NCBI GenBank assembly: GCA_016867495.1
Contig: VGJL01000002.1
Coordinates: forward strand, 11,185 to 75,184
Direction: 5' to 3'
Length of the DNA stretch: 64,000 nt
Source: Candidatus Eiseniibacteriota bacterium
GTDB lineage: Bacteria; Eisenbacteria; RBG-16-71-46; CAIMUX01; VGJL01
Position numbers and translations under genes: made by a program. This document shows positions 42,769-50,752 of this stretch, piece after piece (position 1 is the first letter of the stretch; each line of letters begins with the position of its first letter). Under the pieces are notes generated by a model. It saw only the letters and a list, made by a program, of their open reading frames with translations, was not told where the DNA came from and did not search any database.

Positions 42769-44611
42769 CGCCTTCGACTTCCGCTCCAGTCCTCGGGCGG
42801 TTCCTTCCACGCTCCTGCAGCGAGGGCGTGGATTCCGGCGATTGCCGCCCAAACAGCTCAGCGTAGAGGCCGCCTTGCCCGATCAGCTCCGAGTGGGTGC
42901 CTTCCTCGACGATCCGGCCTCTCTCCATGACGAGGATGCGATCGGCGTCGACGACGGTGGAGAGCCTGTGCGAGATCATGATCGTCGTTCTCCCGGCCAT
43001 CAGCGCGTCCATCGACCGCTTGACATGAGCTTCCGACTCCGCGTCCAGCGACGAGGTCGCCTCGTCGAAGATGACGATCGGCGGGTCTTTCAGGATCGCC
43101 CGCGCGATCGACAGTCTCTGCCTCTGCCCCCCGCTTAGGCAGGCGCCGCGCTCGCCGACGATGGTGTCGTACCCGCGGGGGAGCTCGCGAATGAACTCGT
43201 CGGCTTGGGCGAGGCGCGCCGCCCGCTCGATCTCCTCCGGGCCGGCGTCGGGATTCGCGATCCGCAGATTGTCGGCGACGCTGGCGTGGAAGAGAAAGGT
43301 CTCCTGGGGGACGACGCCGATCCTGAGGCGCAGATCATCGAGCGAGAGATCGCGCAGGTCATGCCCGTCCAGGAGGATCCTCCCCTTCTCGACGTCGTAG
43401 AGCCGGCAGATGAGATGCCCGACGGTGCTCTTCCCTGCGCCGCTCGCGCCGACGATGGCGACCTTTTCTCCCGGCGCGATCGCGATGTCGACGTCTTCCA
43501 GGATCAGCGGGCCGCCGTTCCCCCCGTAGCGGAAGCGGACGCTCTCGAAGACGATCTCCCCGCGTGTTCGGCCCGGGTGAACGGGCGTCGGGCTCTCGCT
43601 GACGCTCGGCTCGAGGTCGAGGAAGGCCAGAATCCTCTCGACCGCGCCCACTGCCGTCCGGAGTTGGACGTTGAGGAAGCTCAGGCGTTGGGCCGGCTCG
43701 TACATCCGTGTCAGGTAGCTGATGAATGCCACGAGCGTGCCGATCGTCATGGTCCCGGCTATGGACGCCCGGCCGCCATACAGGTAGATGAGAGCAGGCC
43801 CGACGGCGACGACGAAGAGGCCGAGCAGCCTCGATTGCGAGCCGAGGACTCCCATGCGGACGCTCGTGCGGGCATGGGCGCGCAACCTCCGCGCGAACGA
43901 CTCCCCTCTTGCCGCCTCGTTCGTGAAGGCCTTGATCTCGCGTATCCCCGCGATCCCCTCCTGCAGCTCCTCGACGACCTCGCCGTAGCGGACCCGATTC
44001 TCGCGTGCAGCGGCGAGAAGGCGGCGGTCATGGAAGCGGAAAATCGCGAGCAGCAAGAGCAAGGTGGCCGCGCCGATCAGAGTCATCGGGAGGCTCATCG
44101 CCGCCATGAAGCCGAGCATGAGGAGGATCGTGAAGGAATCGGTCACGAGCATGAGAAAGGCGCTTGTCGTCAAGGCCTGGACGGCATCGACGTCACCCAT
44201 GACCCGCGCCGTCATCTGCCCCGACTTGGTTCCGTCGAAGTGATCCGTCGACAGGCGCAGGAGGCAGTCGTGCATCCGTCTGCGAAGAGTGAGGACGACC
44301 CCGGCGCTCACCCGCAGGAAGAGGACGTCGGTGGCGAACATGCAGAGCATGTAGCCCGCGTGGATCGCGGCCATCGCGCTGACGATGCGGAGCAGCATGG
44401 CGCCGTCCCGCTCGGGCAGGGCCGCATCGAAGATCTGGCGCACGAGCAACGGGATCGTGAGGGAGGCGGCTGTTCCGATTCCCATGAAGGCCAGGCAGCC
44501 GAGCTGCTCCCTCCAGTACGGCTTCAGATAGCCGGCAAGGCGCAGGAGGCTTGTGCGCGTGCGGGGCGCCCCCTGCGGGAATGTCCCGGTCCCTGGGGTC
44601 AGCATGATCAT
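42728..44611 (-). CDS. ABC exporter, fused TMD-NBD (MsbA/type I exporter-like), no C39 peptidase domain
   Basis: Trimmed to the ATG at 44611 (ATGA overlap with the upstream gene). Six-TM domain, Walker A GASGAGKST, signature LSGGQRQRL, Walker B IVIFDEATS. Its 3' end overlaps the convergent response regulator by 41 nt. Confidence 0.9.
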   Translation of the reverse strand: MIMLTPGTGTFPQGAPRTRTSLLRLAGYLKPYWREQLGCLAFMGIGTAASLTIPLLVRQIFDAALPERDGAMLLRIVSAMAAIHAGYMLCMFATDVLFLRVSAGVVLTLRRRMHDCLLRLSTDHFDGTKSGQMTARVMGDVDAVQALTTSAFLMLVTDSFTILLMLGFMAAMSLPMTLIGAATLLLLLAIFRFHDRRLLAAARENRVRYGEVVEELQEGIAGIREIKAFTNEAARGESFARRLRAHARTSVRMGVLGSQSRLLGLFVVAVGPALIYLYGGRASIAGTMTIGTLVAFISYLTRMYEPAQRLSFLNVQLRTAVGAVERILAFLDLEPSVSESPTPVHPGRTRGEIVFESVRFRYGGNGGPLILEDVDIAIAPGEKVAIVGASGAGKSTVGHLICRLYDVEKGRILLDGHDLRDLSLDDLRLRIGVVPQETFLFHASVADNLRIANPDAGPEEIERAARLAQADEFIRELPRGYDTIVGERGACLSGGQRQRLSIARAILKDPPIVIFDEATSSLDAESEAHVKRSMDALMAGRTTIMISHRLSTVVDADRILVMERGRIVEEGTHSELIGQGGLYAELFGRQSPESTPSLQERGRNRPRTGAEVEGVTATPAASRIRSG

Positions 44612-45597
44612 GCTCCGGCGGAGCCGTCGGCCTCCGCGGCCGCGAGGAACCTGCGCCATCGTGCCTCGAGGGAGTCCACCGAGCACCCGTAGACGCGCCG
44701 CACGGCGCCGCGAGGGTCCCCCTTCGAGCTGCCATAGAGATCCTTGAAGCTCGCGACCCCGCGATCTCGGATCAGGAAGCCGGCGAACGATCCCGCCATC
44801 GGGTAGCTGAGCCACGGGTCGGCCTCCGTGAAGCGGGGGTCGTCGAGCAATCGCCCGAGATGAAGCTCGCCGCCGCGGGACCGCGCCCGCAGGTATGTGG
44901 AATGCGCCTGCTCGCGCAGCGCCGCGTATTCCGCGGCTCCCTCCTGCATGAGCATCGGAGGATCCCCGAGGGAACCAAGGAGGATGTGGCAGCTCTCATG
45001 CAGGGCGCCGACGCGGAGATACCTTCCATGGACAGCGTGGACCTCCGCCTGGCGGGAGTGCGCGTGCGCCGGCATCGGATCGCCCGTGGCGAGCTTCTTG
45101 TGCAGACTCGACTCGTACAGGAAGTAGACGATGGGTCGGGACCGCTCCCATCGAAGGTCGAAGAGCTCTTCAAGCTCCGCGAGCCCCGCCTCCAGGGCGG
45201 CGGCGATCTCCTCGCGCTCGTGGTCCGCCGTCGAGCCGGGAATCAGATGGAGGAGAAAACGGGGCGACTCGATGGCGCGCCACTTCGTGCCGAGGAGAAG
45301 CTCCTCGCCCGCCTCACACGGCCGATCCTGCAGCGCGAGGATCTGGGCCAGGTGGATGTGCAGGATGGCATCGTGCCCCGGAGAGTCGAGCGCGCTCCGG
45401 AGGGCCGCGAGCGCGGCGTCGACTCCCTCATGACCGAGCGAACGGGCGAGATGTCGCAGGTGACATTCCCTGGCGTAAGAGCTTCCCATCCCGAGCCCGG
45501 CGCAGATCCCCTCGAGTTCGTCGAGGGCGGTGAGGTCGTCGGGACAATCCCGGAGGTGGGCTTCCAGGATCGGGACGAGCCGCGCGGACTCTTGCAT
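44608..45597 (-). CDS. Cytoplasmic HExxH protein (gluzincin / Peptidase_MA-like), candidate leader peptidase
   Basis: 329 aa with no signal peptide. GALHESCHILLG (HExxH) followed 13 residues later by LMQEGAAEYA (third-ligand Glu context). N-terminal helical region. SD GGGAGG before the ATG. Confidence 0.5.
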   Translation of the reverse strand: MQESARLVPILEAHLRDCPDDLTALDELEGICAGLGMGSSYARECHLRHLARSLGHEGVDAALAALRSALDSPGHDAILHIHLAQILALQDRPCEAGEELLLGTKWRAIESPRFLLHLIPGSTADHEREEIAAALEAGLAELEELFDLRWERSRPIVYFLYESSLHKKLATGDPMPAHAHSRQAEVHAVHGRYLRVGALHESCHILLGSLGDPPMLMQEGAAEYAALREQAHSTYLRARSRGGELHLGRLLDDPRFTEADPWLSYPMAGSFAGFLIRDRGVASFKDLYGSSKGDPRGAVRRVYGCSVDSLEARWRRFLAAAEADGSAGA

Positions 45598-45668
45598 CGG
45601 GACCTCCCTGAAAGATGCGGGCCGTTACGGGCCTCGCTGGGGCGTCATGACATCCTCCCGATCGGAAC

Positions 45669-45701
45669 TGGCCTGGGCCGCCCGCTCGCTGACCCAGGCC
45701 A
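45669..45701 (-). promoter_or_regulatory. 9-bp-stem hairpin between the peptide gene and the peptidase gene (attenuator/processing-site candidate)
   Basis: TGGCCTGGG (45669-45677), a 15-nt loop, then CCCAGGCCA (45693-45701). It lies 23 nt downstream of the peptide stop on the minus strand. Confidence 0.4.
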
Positions 45702-45723
45702 GACCGATCGCTCGGATGGGCTT

Positions 45724-45837
45724 CTAGAACGGATCGGCGATCAGCCGGGGCCAGCAGTTCGGCCAGCAGTAGTAGCACGGCAGGCAGATGTGCGCCCTTC
45801 CCTGCACCTGGCCGGAGACCTTCTTCAGCTCGAGCAT
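45724..45837 (-). CDS. 37-aa Cys/Trp/Tyr-rich candidate RiPP precursor peptide (not in the ORF track)
   Basis: Manual translation: MLELKKVSGQVQGRAHICLPCYYCWPNCWPRLIADPF*. GGAGG lies 8 nt upstream of the ATG (45837). 35 of 37 sense codons end in G/C, matching the local coding bias. It lies between a radical SAM/SPASM gene and a peptidase/ABC exporter pair on the same strand. Confidence 0.6.
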   Translation of the reverse strand: MLELKKVSGQVQGRAHICLPCYYCWPNCWPRLIADPF

Positions 45838-45915
45838 TCCTCTCACCTCCTGTCCTTTGGGATTCTCAGGCGCCCCGCAACGATCGACCAGGCGCCGCCC
45901 GGCGGGAGCCCCGGC

Positions 45916-47220
45916 TCACGCCGGCGCCCCCCACTCCCCCCTGTAGGGGTCGTAGCTGCAGTGGATCGATTTGGCCGTCAGCTCGCCCGTGGGCCCGTAG
46001 GTGATCGGCCGGCAGTCGTGGCACGCGTATCGGTACTCGCAGTCCCTGCAGACCTCGATCTTGTCGAAAGAGAGATCCCAGTATCTGCGCAGATCCCCCT
46101 CCACGATCTCGCGGAGGCTCCTCTCACAAACATTCCCGCAGGGATGGTCGCGTTGCATGATGCAGGGGTTCACGTCGCCGGTGCTGCTGATCGCGATCTT
46201 TCCCTGCCAGCAGCTATTCCCGTTGCACCGCCGTATGAAGGTCGCGCGATCGGTCCTCATGAACTCCGCGCGCGTCTTGTATGCGGTCGTCTTGGAGAGC
46301 TTGTCGGGAACCAGCTCGTCGTCATTGCCCCGGCCCGAGGGGCGGACGAGATCGAACCCCGGGGCCTCCATCCCCAGCTCGCGCACGAACTCCATTGTTT
46401 CGCGCACGTAGTCCTGGTTGTGCTTCATGACCGTCACCGCGAAGCGCGGCTGGATGCCTCGCTCCTTCAGGCGGGCGACGTTGCGCATCAGCCGCTCGAA
46501 CGATCCGCTTTTCTTGGTCACGAGGTCATGGATCTCCGGCCGCTTGGAGTAGAGGGAACAGGAGACCTCCATGCGAAGGTCGACGAGCCTGTCGATCCAC
46601 TCATCCTTCAGGAAGGTGAGATTGCTGAAGACGCCGACGCTCGAATACCCCAGCTCCCTTGCGCGGCCTGCGAGGTCGAAGAGCCGATCCCCGTATAGAA
46701 ACGGCTCCCCCCCGATGAACTGGACGGCGCGGCACTCGAGCTGGGCGCCCTCCAGGAGCAGCCGCCGCCACTCCTCGTGGGTCAGGCGGTTCTTCGCCCC
46801 GGTGTCCGCCTGGCTCATGCAGTAGCAGTGGCGGCAGCGGAGATTGCAGTCCTCTCGCAGCTCGAACCAGATGAAGTCGAGCTTCCGGCACGGATCGACC
46901 AAGTCGATCTTCGGTCGCGGGCTCGGCTGCTCGCCGAACTCCCCCATCCCGGCCTCGGCGACGCGGCGGAGGAAGTCGAGGATCTCGTGGAGCGGCGCCT
47001 CCTGCACCTTGGCCACGGTCTCCTCGATCCCGCACTGCCGCTCGCATGCCTCGATCACTCGCGCCGCGAGCGGGTCGATGCTATAGACCTCCCCCGATGC
47101 GAGATCGTAGAGAGCGCCCCGCGAGGCGCCCCTGACGAGAAACGCGTCCGGCTTGAGGGAGAAGTAGCGCAGCGTGGCTCTCTGATCCCTTCGCTGGGAG
47201 AAGCTGACAACGCCTTGCAT
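45916..47220 (-). CDS. Radical SAM/SPASM peptide-maturase-like enzyme with an N-terminal PqqD/RRE-like region
   Basis: Trimmed to the ATG at 47220 (GGAGGAGG 8 nt upstream). CNLRCRHC radical SAM motif. C-terminal Cys cluster CWQGKIAISSTGDVNPC...PCGNV...CRDCEYRYACHDC (SPASM). The first ~95 aa (...YDLASGEVYSIDPLAARVIEACERQCGIEETVAKV...LDFLRRVAEAG) resemble a peptide-recognition element. Confidence 0.9.
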   Translation of the reverse strand: MQGVVSFSQRRDQRATLRYFSLKPDAFLVRGASRGALYDLASGEVYSIDPLAARVIEACERQCGIEETVAKVQEAPLHEILDFLRRVAEAGMGEFGEQPSPRPKIDLVDPCRKLDFIWFELREDCNLRCRHCYCMSQADTGAKNRLTHEEWRRLLLEGAQLECRAVQFIGGEPFLYGDRLFDLAGRARELGYSSVGVFSNLTFLKDEWIDRLVDLRMEVSCSLYSKRPEIHDLVTKKSGSFERLMRNVARLKERGIQPRFAVTVMKHNQDYVRETMEFVRELGMEAPGFDLVRPSGRGNDDELVPDKLSKTTAYKTRAEFMRTDRATFIRRCNGNSCWQGKIAISSTGDVNPCIMQRDHPCGNVCERSLREIVEGDLRRYWDLSFDKIEVCRDCEYRYACHDCRPITYGPTGELTAKSIHCSYDPYRGEWGAPA

Positions 47221-47380
47221 GAGCTGGACCTCCTCCGACCTTGGTTCACCCCGGGTGAGCCCCTCTCGGCTCCATCGGGTCTTCCCGGGCATCCCCTTGG
47301 TTGCGCCCCGTTCGTGGATATTGAGAAGGGGTCTCGATCGAAAGACGGCCCGCGAGGCAGCGGATGCCCGGACCGCCTGG

Positions 47381-50300
47381 TCAGAAGGAGCGGGCCGGGG
47401 CGGGCCCGATCAGAACGAAGGGGGCCCAGAAGTAGGGATGAGCGAGGCTCACCGTTCCTCCGCCCTCCGAGCGCGCCCGTGTGCGCAGGTCCCTCTTCGC
47501 GTCCCGAAGAGCCTCTCCCGCATCGAGGCCGCGGGAGAGCCCCGCATAGAAGCTCTCCATCAGCAACGCTGTCGAGGCGTCGTTCACGCTCCACAGGCTC
47601 ACGAGCGTCTGGGCGGCCCCCGCGCGCAGGAAGGAGCGGCCGAGCCCGAGAACCCCTTCCCCCGCATAGAGGCGGCCGAGCCCGCTCTCGCAGGCGCTCA
47701 AGGTCACCAGCTCGCAGTCAAGCGGGATCGGGAGGATCTCGTGCGCGTGGAGGAAGCCGTCATCCGCTCCCTCGGGATCCGGCGCGAGGGCGAGCCCGGA
47801 GTAGAGGGGAACCTCCTCGTCGACCGTCCCGTGGGCAGAGATGTGAAGGAATCTGTATGCGGGAGCCAGCGTCTTCAGACTGGTTTCCGTGGCCTCCGCG
47901 CCCGTCAGGCACCGGGATTGGGGAAGGAGCCGGCTCACCCTGCGCGCCTCCTCGGCGGCGAACGGGAGTCGGTCCGTCGATCCGACGGACGCGCGGAGGA
48001 TCTCGGCGCCCTCACGCGCGCCATCCGTCTGACCGCGGCTCGCGAGCGGGTCCGATGCGCCGACGGCGAGGAGTCCGACGCCGGCCCTGCCTTCGCCCGT
48101 CGGGCCCCGCGCCGGCGCGGGGAGGAAGGCGGCCGAGGGGAGATACCGGATCGCGAAGCGGTCGCAAAGGAAGACCGTCCGCCGGAAGCCCCCGTAGAGG
48201 GTGTCTGTCGCGGCTGATTCCGCCTGGGAAACGACGAGCATCTCGAACGGGAGATGATGCAGCGCTCGATCCGGAACGATGTAGAGACGCCTCGCGTCGC
48301 CGATGAACGGCTCGATCGGATCGATGATCCACTCGCGCAGCCTTCGGGCGAGCCTCGCGTCGAAGCTGAGGGTGGACAGGCTGCGCGGCGCCGTCAAGGG
48401 TCCCCGGATCTCTCGGACCAGCTCCTCGATCGCGCGCGAGGTCGCTTCGAGACGGACCGCACGCACGCCGTCTCTCCGGAGCACGAAGCAGAGCGATCCT
48501 CCCAGGCCCAAGGCGTACTCGACGAGCGCCTCGTCGGGAGCGAGAGCCGCCGCGATCGCCCGAGCGTCCGGGTCCGCGCCCGCTCCAAGAGCGGAGCCCG
48601 TGGAGGAGTCTGCCAGGAGGAGATCCTGCCGCGCCCTCGCCCACTCCGCCTTCGTGCGGGAGATCTCGCGTTCGAGCGCGCGCACTCTCGACCGGTCGGG
48701 CCTCCTCCCTCCGGCGATCCCAGCGAGCGATGTCTCGAGCGCCCTGAGCCTTCCTTCCAGGGCGCGCAGGCTCGCCGCGCGAGGGGACTCGATCGGCGGG
48801 TCGACTCGCGGAGCCCCCTCCAGCATCTCATCGCGGAAGGCGCTCGCGCGCTCCTTCTCGCAGATCTCCAGGGCCTCGATGTCCCGGCCGAGCCGGACCA
48901 GGAGGTCCGCGGCCTCGCGGTGCAGGTCGATGCGCCGCTCGATGAAGTCCGCCTTGAGCTCCTCGATGCGCAGCCGACGGCGGACCGACTCCACCGCGTC
49001 GAGGGCCGCGCGGTAGTGCTCGACGGCCGCCTCCGGATCGATCGACCGACTCGCGGCCGCCGCCGCCCACTCGCACTCCCAGACGATCTCGGGATCCCGC
49101 ACCTCCCGCGCCAGAGCGCAGGAGGCGCGGATCTCCTCGACGGCGGCGGACGAGTCGGCCAGCGCCAGGCGGACCCGCCCGCTCCTGCACAGGGCCAGCG
49201 CCTCCCGGCCACGCCGCCCGTCCTTGCGGCTCGAGCGCAGCGCCAGCGATGCTTGATCGAGCGCCCGCGAGGGATCGCCCGACCGCAGGGCGAGGTCGGC
49301 GAGGAACAGGCGCAGCGCCTCCTCCCCGTCCGCATAACCCATCTGCGCGCATCGAGCCAGAGTCCGCTCCGCCTCGGCGATGGCGCGGCTCGAGTCTCCG
49401 AGGCGGAGGGCGACCTCGCAGAGTCCCATCGAGGCTTCCCATGAGCCCTGCTCGGCTCCCATCCCGCAGAAGATGCTGTCCGAGCGAGCGTACGCCTCGC
49501 GAGCGGCGTCCAGTCTTCCGAGGGAGAGATCGGCGCGTGCGATCGTCAGGATCGCCCCGGCGCGGTTGCGCTCGTCCGCGAGCGAGTCCGACAGGGCGAG
49601 GGCACGGCGCGCGTCGGCGAGGGCGGGGAGCGGGTCTCCAAGGGCGAGCGAGCCGCCCGCCCGATGGAGCAATCCCTCGACCTCGTCCACGGGGCTTCCG
49701 ATCGAGCGGGCCAGCGAGATCGCGGTGTCGGCATACTCGATCCCGCGACGGTGATCGCCCGCCAGGAGATGCAGGTGCGAGAGGTTCGTCAGATTCCAGC
49801 ACTCGCTGCCGGCGTCGCCGATCGATCGGGCGAGAGAGAGGGCGGTGTGGAACGACGCCATCGCCTCGCTGAGATCCCCCAGGTCTGTGTGGGTCAGTCC
49901 GATGTTGCCGAGGATCAGCTGCTGCGCCTGCCTGTCCCCGCGGGCGCCCTGGAGAGCGAGCGCTCTCCTGAATCCCTCGAGAGCCGGCCCGTACTCGGCC
50001 AGCTCCCTGCGAACAAGAGCGATCCGGTTGATCGCCCAGGCCTCGTACTCGGCATCGGCTTGCGCATGGAAGACCCTCCGCGCGCGGTCCCAGGCGCGGA
50101 GGGCTTCCCGAGGGCGGCCGGCGAAGTAGTGCGCGCTTCCCATCAGGAGATATCCGTGGCCGAAGCCGCGATCGAGAGCCAGCGCCCCTTGCGCCTGCGC
50201 CAGCGCATCCTCCGGCGATTTCCTCTTCATCGCGACGCATCCGAGGCCGTAGCGGACGCTCGGATTGCGCGGATCGGATGCGAGCAGGCCGCGAAGCTCG

Positions 50301-50599
50301 CTCTCGACCGCATCGAGATCGGCCGCGCGGGCGCGGCATTCGACGAGGCTGAAGTAGGGGCGCGGGTCGCGGGGCGCGCTTCTGATGCTCTCGCGGTAGG
50401 TCTCGATCGCGGCATCGATCGCGCCGGCGTGCCGGAGGCTCTCCGCGCGGGGGAAGTGGACGCGATCCCGGGCCTGATGGGGATCTTCGCGGGCGCACGA
50501 GCAGAGGAAGCAGGAGATGGCCAGCAGGGGAAGAGTGGCCGACGGCGCGACCGGCCGACGGCACGACCCGCGCCGCGGGACTCGAGCGAATCGGCTCAC
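47381..50599 (-). CDS. TPR-repeat CHAT-domain (caspase-like protease) protein with an N-terminal signal/lipobox-like segment
   Basis: 1072 aa. N-terminus ...ATLPLLAISCFLCSCA. Long TPR-like array. C-terminal CHAT domain with the His/Cys dyad contexts FLHISAHG and LVTLSACESG. Confidence 0.85.
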   Translation of the reverse strand: MSRFARVPRRGSCRRPVAPSATLPLLAISCFLCSCAREDPHQARDRVHFPRAESLRHAGAIDAAIETYRESIRSAPRDPRPYFSLVECRARAADLDAVESELRGLLASDPRNPSVRYGLGCVAMKRKSPEDALAQAQGALALDRGFGHGYLLMGSAHYFAGRPREALRAWDRARRVFHAQADAEYEAWAINRIALVRRELAEYGPALEGFRRALALQGARGDRQAQQLILGNIGLTHTDLGDLSEAMASFHTALSLARSIGDAGSECWNLTNLSHLHLLAGDHRRGIEYADTAISLARSIGSPVDEVEGLLHRAGGSLALGDPLPALADARRALALSDSLADERNRAGAILTIARADLSLGRLDAAREAYARSDSIFCGMGAEQGSWEASMGLCEVALRLGDSSRAIAEAERTLARCAQMGYADGEEALRLFLADLALRSGDPSRALDQASLALRSSRKDGRRGREALALCRSGRVRLALADSSAAVEEIRASCALAREVRDPEIVWECEWAAAAASRSIDPEAAVEHYRAALDAVESVRRRLRIEELKADFIERRIDLHREAADLLVRLGRDIEALEICEKERASAFRDEMLEGAPRVDPPIESPRAASLRALEGRLRALETSLAGIAGGRRPDRSRVRALEREISRTKAEWARARQDLLLADSSTGSALGAGADPDARAIAAALAPDEALVEYALGLGGSLCFVLRRDGVRAVRLEATSRAIEELVREIRGPLTAPRSLSTLSFDARLARRLREWIIDPIEPFIGDARRLYIVPDRALHHLPFEMLVVSQAESAATDTLYGGFRRTVFLCDRFAIRYLPSAAFLPAPARGPTGEGRAGVGLLAVGASDPLASRGQTDGAREGAEILRASVGSTDRLPFAAEEARRVSRLLPQSRCLTGAEATETSLKTLAPAYRFLHISAHGTVDEEVPLYSGLALAPDPEGADDGFLHAHEILPIPLDCELVTLSACESGLGRLYAGEGVLGLGRSFLRAGAAQTLVSLWSVNDASTALLMESFYAGLSRGLDAGEALRDAKRDLRTRARSEGGGTVSLAHPYFWAPFVLIGPAPARSF

Positions 50600-50643
50600 A
50601 ACTGCCTCATGACTCCGCTCGTGGGCGCGTATGCCGCGCGGCC

Positions 50644-50752
50644 GTCGCTCAGCGGCAGAGACCCTTCAGTGCGCTCCAGCAGGATGTCGACCGCGCGGTT
50701 GTCCGTCAGCGGTACAGACCCCTCAGTGCGCCCCAGGATGTCGATCGCGCCG
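50644..50752. repeat. Tandem ~53-bp duplication spanning the stop codon and tail-coding end of the 226-aa secreted protein gene
   Basis: Copy 2 (50701-50752) encodes ...ARSTSWGALRGLYR*. Copy 1 (50644-50698, now downstream of the stop) would encode ARSTSCWSALKGLCR* in the equivalent frame. Confidence 0.75.

Noticed and set aside
45625-45648. 7-codon mini-ORF (MTPQRGP) with a GGGAGG SD in the spacer between the peptide and peptidase genes
   Set aside because: Too short and featureless to call. It may be a chance SD+ATG in the peptidase gene's upstream region. It is mentioned only in case it acts as an upstream leader ORF.
47221-47292. Longer N-terminus for the radical SAM protein (track start at 47292)
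   Set aside because: The extra 24 residues (MPGKTRWSREGLTRGEPRSEEVQL) are charged and Arg-rich, and they contain the GGAGGAGG SD that serves the ATG at 47220.
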